A model generated the notes under the pieces. That model was not told the DNA's origin and searched no databases. It saw only the letters and a program-made list of their open reading frames with translations. From NCBI GenBank assembly GCA_965644295.1, contig CBFFRP010000293.1:1221-65220 (forward strand): a DNA stretch of 64,000 bases, read 5' to 3'. The position numbers and the translations under genes are program-made. Within the stretch, counting starts at the first letter, position 1. Each line of letters starts with the position of its first letter. Shown in pieces: positions 36,333 through 50,902 of this stretch. The DNA comes from Paraphysomonas bandaiensis. Its lineage: Eukaryota > Protista > Chrysophyceae.

Positions 36333-39300
36333 TTATAAGTCTCTTGGAAACTTGTACTCGTGAAGTGGCGGAGCCAGACATGTCGTGAAGGTGTCAGGAA
36401 CACCAGCTTTCTCAAGAGCAATGCGAATAACTTCTTCCACAGCTTTTCCCCATCCAAATGCGAGTTCCAGAGGCTCCATCCTGTTCATGTAACACGGTGA
36501 TGATGCCATGTAGGTCGAGTTCTCAGCAATTCCCTGATCTCTCCACCAGTAATATCTATTACACAACAAACTGATTAGCACAAGCACGATGAGAAGAGAG
36601 TAAATGCTACACAAACGTACAGTGAGTTCGCCGACCAGACATATCCATACGGATAGACTGTCGGATTTTGACGCCATCCAGCAATTCTCATCACTGGTAC
36701 ACGAAATAGTTCAGCTCTATCAGCCATGATCCGTCCTGCTTTCGTGAGGAGCTCTCGTCCACGAAGTAAGAGTCGGTTTCTCTCCTCGGGGGTTGTATGG
36801 AGGTCTTGGGACATGTATAGCACTTGGTTCTGTATGAAGTAAAAAGTTAAGTCGAATAGAGTCAACAGTACAGCATACATACATGTTCAGCCCGCAGTGC
36901 CAACAGCTTCACGCAATCAACAAATTCGTCAAGATAGGCCATCGCTCCCTGAGAAAAGATCACCACAACTCTTCATGAACGTGTAGACGTGAAATATAAA
37001 TGCATTTAAGATACGTACTCTATCCAAAACACCCTCAGCGCGATTTCTGATATCCATAAAGTCTTGTGCGTGAGCTCCAAACCTATGTTGCATCTCACTC
37101 AGTATCTTAAGCGCATCTTCCCACTGTGGATCTGACGGCTCTGTCAAGTGTACCTTGTCTGGTTGAGTGAAAGACAGACCCAACAAACGCGGAATGTCAA
37201 CCCAAGTGTCTGCACCAGACATATAAGCATGACCAGATAACTTCGTCAAATCTGAACTCTCCTGGTGATGAACTTTGCCATGAACCATTACCTCAGCCTG
37301 TGTCTGCGACAATCGAACTATGGCATGCGAAACATCTTCAGCAAAATCTCCAAACAGACCCAGAACGTGCCGTAGTGAGATTAAAAATGCTTCCCAGTCA
37401 TCAGCTTCGTCCATTAACGGGTTCCACGCAGCACGTGCAGTGATAACATTTGACAAATGATACCCGTACTCCCACCCGGACTCGAAGTTCATTTGACCAT
37501 TTATGCGAAAGCCTATCGTTAAGGCAATAAAAAATATTACATCGAATGAAAAGACACAAAATAGAAGACCGAACCTTGTTCTTCCTGCTGTCGAGCTGTT
37601 CTTCTCAGATCATACAGCCTACGTTGTCCAAATAGCGGAATGAAAAGTGGCACATCCACGTCAACGTTAACCCTATATATAGAAGCAGTGAGAATGTTTA
37701 CATACTTCCAAGGCGATGCTGTGTCGGTATTATAGACGAATACCGTACCAATAGGCCGTTTCTGGGTAAAACAACACATCTCGTTTCTTCAAAGAGGCCT
37801 CGAAAGTCATATAGTCCGACATGTAGCTAAAATTTTCGTTTCCATATGCTCCAGCAGTTGGATCATCAAGACTATACACCTGTTTCCACGGTACAAATGA
37901 ATTTTAGGACACTTTACTACATTCGTAGACAGATGGTGCCAACCAATTAGTCACCTGCACAGTATGGGGCATGACAGCGAGTCCTTCTGATGCATAAGTA
38001 GGTAGAAAATTGAAATTTATTGGTTCTCCTGTTCTCGGATCAGGATACTTAAGTTCCCCGTTCTCATTCACGTCTTCACAGTACTGATCCGTCGAGCAGT
38101 GCACCTTCGTCAACGCCTCTCTTTTCCAGTGGGTAGTTACTGAAACATTCAATTAAAAATAGAGTGCCCACGAGACTGTTCGATTGACATGAATAATTCA
38201 AGGAAAAGTTGCATGCCCAATTTACATTACGTAAAACATACCTCTGGAGGTGTACACCTCAAACAGCTGAAGCATAGTATCACAAGATGGCTTAGTAAAC
38301 TCCGATAGACCAGACTCCGTAGATATGAAGTCATACTCAGCGGTGAATGCCCAGTCCACTCTGTTTTCAATATCGCTCTTCTGAGTATCAAAATCGTCCC
38401 TGATATTCACCATCGCCCAACCTATACAATTCCAGCTATTAATCAACAATGTGTTATCGAAATAGAAAGAGTGTATGCTGAATCAACAGATTTAAAGGAG
38501 AACATGATATATTCGTACCATGCTGCTGAAGATTGGCAAGAGGAATGTCAGCACCAATTAAAACACCATATTTATGGGCCAGTCTGTTTATTTCTCTCAG
38601 ACGGAGCTGCCTCTTCGTACCGGAAGTCAATTCACCCCAAGCATCCCACTTTTCGTTACCCAACAGCAAAACCTCAACACGGTTCTGACGGTTTGCTAAG
38701 AGCCATTCAAATAACCCATCTAGTGTGAGAAACATATCTTCCCAAGTTTCGCAGTGTACACCACGTGGACAGGTCTTCGAGCTGTCGTTAGAGAACATTG
38801 GAATGTCATATCCATTTAAAACTTCAGTAAATTCTAATGGATGCTGAGTGTGTATATGCCAAGTTCGCTTTTCCCAATACGGGGATTCAGTAATATAAAT
38901 ATCACGGGATAATGTTGGAAGGAAACTGGGAATATACGGTGCCAAGGGGTGAAGGAAGCGAAATCCAAGCAGCTCCAATGCCGCGTAACTTCCAACCGCT
39001 GCGCCGTAGTGTACACTATCGACATCCAATGCAAATTGGCGGGTTCCTATTTCCATCGGTTTCCCATTAGCGACAATCAATGTGGAGTTCGAGATGTATT
39101 CTCTTGTGGATATTTCGAACCCCTCCGATCGGACATCATCCAGTGACAGATACCTGCTGCTCAGAGAGGTGTTTCCCAGAGACAGCACTAACGAAGACGA
39201 ATTCAGTTGATTGGCCTCAGCGTCCCACTCCTCCACCCTGATTCCTGTCTCCCGCAGCAGGCTCCTCACTCTATTAGGGACTGCCCCTAGATTCTCCCCA

Positions 39301-39404
39301 AACACACAGTACACAACGTCATAGCCATCGACATGTCCGCCCTCACAGAGACACAGACACAGCAATAGACACAAACACACCCACTTACTGAGGATTGATC
39401 TCAT
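36333..39404 (-). CDS. secreted protein of unknown function, possibly glycoside-hydrolase-like, multi-exon
   Basis: Signal peptide; N-domain resembling GH20/67-type domain 2 (EGFEI..LIVANG..G.YAALELLGFRF); RTWHIHTQHPLE; exons joined by GT-AG introns. Confidence 0.65.
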
Positions 39405-39900
39405 TACGACACAACGAATTAGTCGTTAATAGACTATCTCACCACCTGTTGATAATAGTCTGCTGGATCAGTACAACACGGAGCGGACTGCACGCATAGC
39501 TATATATGCAGATATATCGAGTGCGCTGTGCGAGTATACCTGTATACCGTATACTATACATAGGAATTCCTACTGCTGTAGCAGAACACAGTACAGTACC
39601 ACAATTTCCAATTCCAAAATACGCTCAGTATACGCCGCTGTAGGGCAGGTATCTACAATTAATTTTCAGGTGACGGTATACGGCGGTATACGGTATACGG
39701 TATACGGTGGAGGGCAGATAGGTGGACACCAAACGTGCAGCACGTTTTTGCTGGGAACTGAAAATTAAAACGTGCGGCACGTCATCTGCGCTCTCATTCG
39801 CTGTCTGAGATCCACATCAATGCATTCATTCCATCGAACAATCAGATTGCCATCAATACACTGCTGTTAGTATCATTCCGTTTATCTAGTGGGTGAAGTA

Positions 39901-41950
39901 ATGAGCACTGCGTTGCATGTGTTTGCTCTTGCAGCTATTGGAGTTGTATGTCTTGTACATGGCGAAAGCGACGCATCACTGGTAAGCACCGCTCTTTGCA
40001 TGCTTATGATTTAAAGTTTACCTGAACCTGATATAGGATGCGGTAGACCAGTGCACTGTCGATAATTGGGGACAACCACATCAAACTCGCCGTCCATTTC
40101 GGTCAACATATACAACTGCTATACGAGAAAAGTGCGCCGCCGAATTCGCTAAAAGCACTCCGATGGCAACCACACTACAGAACGCTATGGTTAATTTCTA
40201 CCCCAATACTTCCATATACGACACTTTTAAGGGAATCGATTTAGTTCCTGAAAACAACCATTTGTTTGCGGATTTCCCTTCACCTTGGAAGCGCAATTTG
40301 GATGCATCCAAATCAAAGCCTGGGTCAATGCACGGAATGACTTGTGATACCCCAATGGATGATGGAAGTACGTGGTCAGTTACCCGTATTGGACCCATGA
40401 TTACACGAGGTGGATATGATTGGACACAGATTGGTTGGGATGACGTTTTTGGACTCGAGGAGAAGTTAAAGCGCTTTCCGGATGGGGTGTATGCACTCGA
40501 ACAAGTGTCAGTGCCCGTGCTAAAAGATGGTACCAGACTGGGTAACCCTCCGGTACATATCCACCATATCCATGTGGGTCCTAAGACGGGAGTTAGACAA
40601 CGTACAGATTTATTTGCATGCTTGACTTCGAGCGATGGAGAAGTGTGCTATGACCCGACACGTGTGTTCGAGCACCACGGCGACTACCAATGCACGGAGG
40701 ATGAGGGTGGACTTGACTGCTTGGTGGAGACTATTCCTGATGGATATGGGAAACTTCTCACGTATCCACTTGGGCTGGAGGGAGATATCAATGATGTAAG
40801 GGCCGTTGACAGTGAGCCGCTGGAGTGGTATTACGAACTCGGTATCCGGTGGGTACCTAGGATAGCCGCTGATGGCACGGAGAGCACAATAAAGCCTATT
40901 AATTTTTTCAACTTTGCCGGACCTGGAGATTTCAGTCTTCGTCATCAGAACTCATACATATTTACTTTTCAGGCTCCAACGGATCACGATAACCTGTTCT
41001 GGTACACTGGTCGCATGCCGTTTTCTGGACAAATGCTTCGAAATAAATTCCATGCACACAACAAAATTTTCAAGGAGTCCATCTTCTTTGCCGCCTCCCC
41101 AGCGGAACTTGGTTTAACCAGAGAAAATAAGTTAGTACCAGATAAGCCTTATCATACGGTTGACATCCGGGATGGAGGGTTCAATAGCCTCGATGAAGTG
41201 AAGCAATTTATCATGGACAACCTCGACGCATCTGCGAAGGCGTTTGATACTCTTCATGGTGAAGGGTACTATACCTCTGTGGTAGACATGGATAATGACA
41301 AATCAAGTCGCTTGCGTCCGCGGGCCGTTTGTCATGGTGTTTCGAAGCTAGAGGAGGTAGAAGGGTACTTTTATGATCGACGGGAGCCTACGTGTTGCGC
41401 GCCGTGGGATATAGAACGTGGTGATATTTTCACTGTGGTTGGCTTCAATAAGAAACTACAACACGCCATGGGGCCTCATACGGATATCAAGCCAGCCACT
41501 TTCCCTGGACACGTGGGGTGGTGGCTAAGCACCACCAACGAAGAGGAGAAACCCATTAGTCGATTCGGACTGGGCATGTTTACTCAGGAGCCAAATGGAT
41601 ACCTATATGACATAAAGAGAATGAGCCCATATCAGCGTCTTGGTTATCAGCTAAATGGAGGAACGATATCTCATCATAATGTATTCTTTCACGACCAATT
41701 TTTGGGAAGTGCTATTCTTCTTACCCTCCTCTCTCATCCGATTGTTTTCTTAATTCTTATTTTAATGCTCGTTGGTATACTGATCCATAGATGTCTAAAA
41801 AATTACGTTATCAGAGTACTCAAGAAGCGCTCACCGAATTCCTCTAGTGACGATTCATGTCCTGACCCGGAGGCAGTGATTCACTCAGTCGCTAAAGCTG
41901 TCACTAATGGTTCAGAAGCAGAGCTGATCAATATTTTACACAAACAGTAA
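39901..41950 (+). CDS. His-rich type I membrane protein, Cu-monooxygenase-like (inferred)
   Basis: Signal peptide exon from 39901, one intron, then a long exon with HIHHIH, EHHGD and FHAH, plus a C-terminal TM helix. Confidence 0.65.
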
Positions 41951-44456
41951 ATGCAACTGCCCATGTGAATTGATCGTTATTGTAGCACCCACTATACATG
42001 TCTTAGTTAGCGTAAATATGTTTCATAAAATATTTTAGGCAGATGTCTTCCTGTTCGAACCACTACATTATTGCTATATTTATCGCAACTTGTATAATTC
42101 ATCACGTGAAGTATTCTACCTGCACTGGAAACTTCTGTAATTGATAATAATTTGCTCGTTTATGAGTTCATATACATCACAACATACATAACCATTCAGT
42201 TTGTTGGTGATTATAAAATGCTAATTTTATGGTTTGTTCCAACACACTAATGGATATTGTGCTGTAACTTTTAGCTAGATAATCCTGTCACGAATGAATA
42301 CAACGATCTCATATCTCATATGATCTTTTGGCTTGTTTTCTTTCATCCTCACGAAGTACTTCTACTTGCTACACATAATAATTCAGTTTTATTCCTTAGA
42401 ACATATTCGCTGTGTTAGAATAGTAAAACATTTAATATTGTTGTGCTTGTCACCAGAGAAAAAGCAGACAATTATTGCAACTCAGTTAACAAATACAGTC
42501 AATTTTCCCCTCAACAAAGTCGGAATCGCACCTTTTCGTGATGTTCTAGAGGATAAGTACCGGAGATGCTTCTCCGAGAAACACACGTGAGCCGCATATT
42601 ATACACTCAGCAGATATGGTTATGCCCACTCATATAGCCAAATGCTTTGTGTGGTACACAAGGGACACTAAATATAAGTTATAGTTGTCACTTGTGTAGA
42701 CGTCTTCTTTGGGCCTTGAAGAATAAACAGCCATCCGGATTGGGGGCCAACCTCAAGGGCATCTGAGGTATCGGGCTGCCTGCTGAAGTTAAACATCCGG
42801 GAATGGGTCTACCTTAATGACAGAGACGAGAAAGTGATTGCACTTTGATGCTTGCGGTGACGCACATAAAACTTTCGTAGCGCCAAATAGTAGGATATAT
42901 ATATATTATAATATAGAGTTATAAGCACCAGTTAGTTAAATTGCTTTGCTACATTAGATTTAACTCATACACGCCTATATTGCTAATAATCAGACATTTA
43001 CTACTAAAAAGTCAATATTCGGCTAACTGAGTGAACCAACAAGTTACCACACCTCCTCCATTTTTTAGAGTTGCTCTTATCGACATTATGTACAGCAGGT
43101 ATTCGGATCCATAAAATCTTATCATCTGAAGAATTAAAATATGGACGAGTTGTACATGTATGTGAACAAATAATGTATTACAGTGCTTACTACTTGAAAA
43201 AAGACTGCAACCCGAAATCCCAGAATGATTCAACAGTTTATACACAACAGAGAGATCAAAACTAATACATGTTCCAATGTGTATGGCCCTTTACTCGTGA
43301 TATACTTCGTAAAAGGAGTAGGCTTTGTTGTAATAGCTACTGCTTCGTTGCTACTGCTAGCATAGCACTTTCACGTCACGGCTTTACGCTGCGGCCACGA
43401 TGTGCTTTTTATCCTGAGCATGCATCGATAAATACCACGAGTTTCAGCGCAGTAAGAAAATACTGCGGCTGACAAATAAATTACAGTAGCGACAATATTC
43501 TAACATTCTAACTGCTATATGTGCAAACCTTTTTAATACTTGATTACATGTAATACCGATAGTGAGTGCATTTATACATCTTAATGAAGCTATCCAGCCT
43601 AATACTTTGGTGAAGGACAGGGATGGCTTTGGCCAGAAAATGCACGACTTCTACGAGGCAATATCAGAACTGATAAGATAAGAGACCCACTGCTCAACAA
43701 AGACAAGAGCAGAGCTACACGATCGTCTATATGACAGGAGGGTCATGAGTATATTAAGCTATTTGTGTGAGCATACGAAATTTCAATTGCAAATGTCCAG
43801 TACGAAGAAGAATGACTTTGGAAGCAACTATCCGAGAAGATGAATGCCTAAGGTACAGATTAAAATTTTGAAATCGTGTTGGGCGTACAAATTTCGGCGT
43901 TGTATGATATTGACTTAATTAAGGAGTGTTGATTTTTGTTTCTTTCAGATCGAACTCGTGGCTTGTAAAGTTAAGGACTTACTGAGTTGATCAAGTTACT
44001 TATTGTCTTTAAATTAAATGAATAAATGTATTAATACGAGAGTATCCAGAGCTAAATTTGAAGCGTCGATTTACCATGTATAAATAATTTGTGAATCGCA
44101 TTCACGTTTCCGGATGACACGACATTACGCCTTACTAACATACGGGAATGATTATAGTTATGAGTTTATAGTACAATCTTAAAGTTCAACATGTTTCAGC
44201 TAAAAATTTCTGGCTACTCTACCCTTACGAAAAGGCAAGTACCCATGAAAAATATATGATGTTGTACAACATATCAAACACTGAGCCATGTCTGATACTT
44301 AGTTCAGTTTGGACTACATACCAGTGCTCACAGCTTGTCGACCAAGTGGAATATCTTGTGTGCAGTGTGACTCAATACGCCATTCATGAGCCGACGAAAC
44401 TATGTGATTATATAAGTGCGAATGATATTCATGCCACAATGATGTGTGTGTTTATC

Positions 44457-45260
44457 TCAGCTTTTACCTTCAGTCAAGGCAGATTTTGTCATAACATACA
44501 TGAAACTATCAAGGCAGCCATTGCTTCCACCAAGAGTATTAACAGTTAAGGACCAGCCATACGTATCACACATACCCTCCTCGACTGTATAGGGATTCAA
44601 TACTGTATTATTTTTCCGCTGGCCCATAAGATATTTAGTTCTGAAATGAGGCTGAGAAAAGCTGATTTGAAGAAATACTCCAGTGGGTATTAGTACGCGA
44701 GAGACGCTCCGGCACATTTTATCTGACGAGTCAATAACTTGAGTAGCAGGATCCCAAACACTGCCTTCATCTACCATAAGGGCATCCATAGCTGCCTTAT
44801 CAATTACGACATCGAAGCTGCCCTCTGGAAAATCAAGCTCGCACATATCCATTTTGATCCAATTCATTGTTTCACGTTCCTGATTAGATTCCTTCATACG
44901 ATCAATGACAACGTCGGAGAAGTCAATGTTAGTTATATTCTTGTACCCTGCATCATACAAGTCTGCAGAAAATGTGCTGTTGCCACACCCAACAATGAGA
45001 ATTCTATCATTTTTCTTGAGATGAGTGCACACATCATCTTTCACACTATCGAACGTCATTAGCCAATCATATGACTCCTCTTTGGCAAATCTTTCGTCCC
45101 AATATTCTCTTCTTCCGTACTCTGAGTTGTGAGCAGCGGTGAAATCAGAGGACTGTTCAGAGGACCCCACCTCCGCTTTAACTTGCTCCTTATCAACATG
45201 ATCTTTAAGAGCTGCGAGAGTGGCAGGTGAAAGAACGTCAGATAGAGCAGCAAAATCCAT
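44457..45260 (-). CDS. EEF1AKMT4/METTL13-N-like SAM-dependent methyltransferase
   Basis: YWDERF, ILIVGCGNS, NIDFS, MDM and FDVVIDKA motifs. Confidence 0.9.
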   Translation of the reverse strand: MDFAALSDVLSPATLAALKDHVDKEQVKAEVGSSEQSSDFTAAHNSEYGRREYWDERFAKEESYDWLMTFDSVKDDVCTHLKKNDRILIVGCGNSTFSADLYDAGYKNITNIDFSDVVIDRMKESNQERETMNWIKMDMCELDFPEGSFDVVIDKAAMDALMVDEGSVWDPATQVIDSSDKMCRSVSRVLIPTGVFLQISFSQPHFRTKYLMGQRKNNTVLNPYTVEEGMCDTYGWSLTVNTLGGSNGCLDSFMYVMTKSALTEGKS

Positions 45261-45808
45261 GTATGCAAGCAGTTTGCGCGCTCCTTGTCTATTATGAGGA
45301 TGTTTATATGAAGGGAGTCCAGTAACTTAGTTCTTAACTTATGCCCATATCCATATATCCTGCTGTGTGTACATGTCCGCAGATATATGTACTGCTCTAC
45401 ATGTACCATGTACATAACAACAATGAATGGGTGGGAGATATTCGAGCTGGCCATCCAATAGCATTTCCATATTTCAGTTTATCCATATTTTATTGGTGCA
45501 CAGTTTCTTCACTATGTCCACTGCCAGTGTGTTGAAATTCTCTCAAAATACGAAAATTGATTTTGTTGATAGAAAATGTGATTTTTTTGGAGAGAATTTA
45601 CTGTTTTTCTTGCTCCTGACATGGTTGAACAAGTAAACATATACGGAAACACGTACAGAGTATATACAGCAGTCTGTTATGGTGTGCGTAGACTCTGGTT
45701 CATATGCAGCAATTGCAGCAGAGACAGCCTCACAAACAGATCAGTGCTGTGCATTGCCATCATCATCACTCTGGCTACAGGCTCATCTTGCCACTGGATT
45801 GGACTCTA

Positions 45809-48800
45809 ATGTCCGGCGATAAGGGAATAAGTATTCCAGGAGGGCTCGGGGATAAGAAGGAGTATCGTCGAGTGGATGTGGAGGGACTGGACGTGTTGCT
45901 GGTCTCCAATATGAAGGTTCCATCTGCAACCAAGGAATCTCATGCTGCTGCTGCTATGGCTGTAGAGGTGGGTAGTTTTCAAGACCCGCTATTAGTGGAA
46001 GGCATATCTCATTTCCTTGAACACATGCTGTTCATGGGGAGTGACGCTTATCCGGGTGAGAATGAATACGACGCCTTTATCTCTGGTCATGGAGGGTACT
46101 GTAATGCTTTCACAGAGACAGAGCATACCGTATATAGCTTCGATATACCGACTGAGCATTTCTATAAAGCCTTGGATATATTTTCTCATTGCTTTAAATC
46201 AGCTAAGCTATCCACTGATTCTAGCGAACGTGAGATCAGAGCTATTGAAAGTGAATTTCGCCTTGCGGTTCTGTCTGACACATCTAGGTGTCAGGAGGTG
46301 TTAAATATGCAAGCTCCAGACTCTCATGTATTGAGGAAATTTTCGTGGGGTAATCGTCATAGCCTTGTCAGCGTACCTGCAATGAATGATATCAGCACTG
46401 ATGCGGAGTTGCGAAAGCACTATAATAATTATTACCACCCGCATAATTGTCACCTAGTAGTTCTAGCACCTGTGTCACTAGACGAATTAGAGAATAAGGT
46501 AAAATCCTATTTTTCTGCATGGACACGTAGCTCTGTTGCTGCAGAAGTGAAGGAACCAGCCCGACTGCTTCCAACCGCTGAATGTCCTCTACCTTCCACT
46601 GCCCGTCTCTTGCGCATATGCCCAGTAAAGCGTAGCACTCATATATTACGTCTACATTGGGCCCTCCCGCCGACTCTGACGCAGTATAGGTCTAAGTGTG
46701 AGCAGTACTTGAGTCATTTGATGGGTCATGAGGGACAAGGGAGTATTCTCAGCTACTTGAAGTCGGAAGGACTTGCGGTTGGATTATGTGCAGGAGTAAG
46801 TATCTCATTTTTGCAGTGCACTGCCTGAAATGTGCACACTTCAATCATTACTTTATGTGGTTGTGGATTAACTGATAGTATATGTATGTTCAGGTTGGAG
46901 CGGATGGAATGAATCTCAACTCCCATTTTTCTATCTTTCAGCTCTCTGTGATCCTCACTGTAAAAGGTTTAGTCCAATGGATGAGAGTGACTGCAATTGT
47001 GTATCAGTACATACACATGTTAAAAGAGGAAGGAATCCAAAAGTGGGTGTTCGATGAGTTACAGCAGCTGGGTCAAATTGAGTTTGGTGGGTATTCATGT
47101 GTACTCGTGTATCTAGGGCATTAACTGTTAACGCCGTGGCTATCATCACGCTCTGCCGTTACAGACGAACTAATTTTGACTGTTATATTTACTTGTAGAC
47201 TACAAGGATGAGTGTGACCCCGAGGATATGACAACAAGTCTTGCGGTAGAGATGACATCTCCTTATAGCAGACGCCATGAAGACATTCTCAAAGCAGAGG
47301 ATGTTTTCTGGGACTGGGATCCGGAAGGAATCCGATCTCTTCTTGGACACCTTCGTCCATCTAGAGGAATTGTCATTTTGTTATCTTCTTTTTTTGAATC
47401 AGAATCAGCACAGGAAGGTGTTCTAGGATTGTCCCACAAGCGTTGCCGGGAGGCGTCAGATATTTCGAGCAGTGATACCGGAAGTGAGTCCGAAGGTGAT
47501 ACAGAGTACGACTTCAAGGATACAAGCAGTGAATTTAATGAGACAGATGATGATTTCTCCGACCATGATGCTGATACCAATTCCTCTGTTGATCTTCGAC
47601 AGATTGTAGACGATAGTGGAATTCCTAGGGATTACTGGCATCTAGTGCTTCCTCCATCTGGCGACCGGAAACCTATCACAGAACCCCATTTCGGAACCGC
47701 ATTTTGGCAAGATGATATTCCTTGCGAAATCGTAAATGGCATGTGGGAGAAAGACCTGACTCGAAACACAGCATTGCACCTACCACCATGGAACCCCTAC
47801 ATTCCTGTTGATCTGACTGTGCTATCTGGAGTAGCCCCGCTAGAAGGGGATGGAGACACACGGCCACCTGCAGTAGTTTCAGAGTGTACATTTGTGCGCG
47901 TGTGGCACCTTCTCGAGTTTGAATTCAGCATGCCCAAGACGACTGTTACTTTCACTGTGTACTCGCGTCTCCTCCTTCAAGCCTACCGCAATGACGCTTG
48001 TGCATCTGATGCGATTAGGGCATCTACCGCTTTGGAATTGTTTTCATTTGTGATCTCTGACTTCCTTGCGGAGGAGATTTATATGGCCGATATGGCTGGT
48101 TTGGAGTGTGGTATCAACACATGTGAAAGTGGTGTCATTGTGTCAATATCAGGGTTTCATGATAAGGCATTTTTATTAGCCCAGAAAGTACTGAATGCTC
48201 TGGTGAACTGGGAAGTCGCTATTACCCAAGAGCGAGTCGAAAGGCAGCTGGAAGTAATGATAAAATCATGTGAGAACAGCTATTTGCTTGCACCAGCGGC
48301 CGCCAACACACACCGACTGTTGTACCTCATGCCCCAGAAAGTGTCCAAGGACATGAAGTTGTCTGTGTTAAAGAGTTGGCAGTCAGCGAGTAGTGACGAG
48401 ACTGTGGGATTCGTTTGCGAATGGGTAAATGAGTTGTTTTCCTACTCAATGTGTGAGGCTCTTGTACAAGGAAACACTTCTCTTCAAACAGCGACCAGGT
48501 TTGCAGATACAATGAGGTCCATACTGTCCGTACGGCGAAAAAGCGAAGCTAGCGGTCGTAGTTCATGTTTTTTGTCTCCACCGGCACCTGCAGTGCGTTT
48601 ACTAGATCCTAGTAGTGTTGTTACAATTCAAGCGATACCGAAGAGTATGAGCGACAAAAATGTGTGCGTAGTCGCATATTACCAAATGGGAAAAGTGGAA
48701 CCCCGTAATTTAGCCGTTCTGAATATCATTCGACAAATTATGGAGGAGCCTCTATTTGACAATCTCCGAACTAAACAACAGGTATGTATTATTTTTGTTG

Positions 48801-49272
48801 CCTAGGGTTTCTTATTGCCGATGTTTCACAGTTGGGGTACAGCGTATCTTGTGACATATGTGATACTTACGGGGTATTGGGGTTCACAATCGAAGTTGTA
48901 TCTTCTTCCCATTCATTATCTGCTGTCCGGTCTGCTATTGCCCAATTTGCAGAAGTTACATTTCCTACCATATTGAGAGGACAAACTACTGAGCAGTATG
49001 CTTCACACATCGACGCTGTGTTGACGAGTTTAAAAACTCCGTCACTCTCTCTGAATGAGTCCACGCGTCTCAACTGGTCAGAAATAACAGATAGAAGGTA
49101 TTGGTTCTCATCCCGGAGAGATCGAATTGGAATTCTTTTGTCTATATCTCACGCAGAAGTTTTCGAGTTTTACAGCAAATTTATGCTGGGTGAACCAAAG
49201 GAAACATCTCATAGAAGCCTGTTAGTTATAGAATCTCAGAGACATGATACTGTGGGTTTAAAAATAGCGTAA
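45809..49272 (+). CDS. M16A metallopeptidase (insulysin/nardilysin family), multi-exon
   Basis: HFLEHMLFMGS inverzincin motif, NAFT, GHEG.GS and FDNLRTKQQLGY. Confidence 0.93.
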
Positions 49273-50902
49273 TCTGATATTATTAGGTTTGAATACATTT
49301 GTTATTTACAAACTTATAACGGCTGTTGTGTAGATAGCATGTGCCGAAAGTATAGTATATTTTTTCATTGTTAGAATACTGTCAAATAGTTTTCGACCTT
49401 AGTTTAACTAAACTTGAAGTGAACAAATCTGGTAAAATCCTTTTTTCTTAAATTGGCTTCTCCAGTGACCCATACATCGGCAGTCTATCAGTGTGTTACT
49501 TATGAATATTATAAAATAGCATGCAAAGAAGAAACAAATATTACGGCAGAAATTTTTACAATAGATAAAATGTTTACAAGTAGTGAATGTCTGGTTATTA
49601 GCAATAGGCGTTTTACGAGTCAGTGCTCAAAACTGATATCCTGTTAAGATTCATTGATTCACGTATATACCTCTTAACGCGTGAATACAACACATGGATA
49701 CAATGAAATATCTAATAGACTGAATAATTACCAAACTATATATAAGATACGCATCTGTACAAGATACGCAAATGTGTGTGGTGCTATAACGCTCTGTTCA
49801 AACGTATCTTGCTATTCCATACTATTAGGTCTTATTCTTCATGTGAAGGTTATATAATCAATCTCTATATCTTATAATACGAAGTGCATCTTTTACTAAA
49901 TACTAAGACTAGCTATAAATCTTATTTTCTCCCGTACTTATTTTCCAGAACACCACGAAAGGTGCGACTCCGATTTTGTTGAAGGTATTTCGGGCTCATA
50001 GCTTGTAATATTGGCAGCAATTCTCGTGTATTTACCAAAGAATCCTGAAACACTTTAATAGTGCACAAAGTCTAAGCGTTTAATTACTCGACCACTAGCT
50101 TCTTTTAGTCGACATTTTACTATTAACATCATCCTTTTATCTTGTTGGTGACTCTACGAACTACATTGGGGAACTGTAAATTAAATTATTTTGCTCCACT
50201 TAAATGGCTTATGATTACTTCAATTAACGGTTAAATTTGGTAAATACTTTTACTGCTACTGAACGCGAAAAAATCTTGTCGCAGTAATAGTCACAAAACA
50301 ACATCTTGATTGGGGTTAGTGGTTAGTGTAACATATGATATCTTGATATCTTGGAATGCTAGATATATATGTAGGTATTTATTGTAGCGACCTATATTTA
50401 TATTGCAATATATATTGCGGATTGCGGGCCCAAAGCTGGTAATATATATTTACTACCTCTGGTAAATGATGTAGTTTTAACGTAGAATTGTCATCAATGT
50501 ATACAGTTATCAAAATGGTAAAATAACATAAGTATAGAGCTCTTAAAAGTGTTATCAAATATATTAGCTATACTGAACACCTAACTATAGTAACTGTATA
50601 TTACTATAAGGTTGTATTGAAGCTAATCAATGCAGAGAGTTGCAATGAATAATGTGAAATGCTTATTATCATGTCACTTATACAAATATCCACTGGATAA
50701 AGGACGAACACTCTCAAGTAAAAGGCATAGTATCTAGCTGTCCAATGTGTTGATTTATGTGATGGTCAGTTGAAGGCAAAAGCAGCTCATAACATAATTC
50801 CCACCAGATGATACGCTCTAAATTAGAAAAAAGGGATTCTTCTACTATAAAGGTATATATTCTGATGTGTCAATCTACAGTACCATATTTGCGCTCTTCC
50901 AT

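Noticed and set aside
9739-41950. Copper-enzyme gene cluster (MCO plus His-rich protein)
   Set aside because: The genes are about 28 kb apart with unrelated genes between them; no evidence of functional clustering.
43580-43855. Coding-like stretch with several stops
   Set aside because: Probably a decayed gene or transposon fragment, but no recognisable motif.
47440-47590. Acidic insert in the M16 peptidase
   Set aside because: Acidic low-complexity stretches are known in nardilysin-like proteins; not distinctive.
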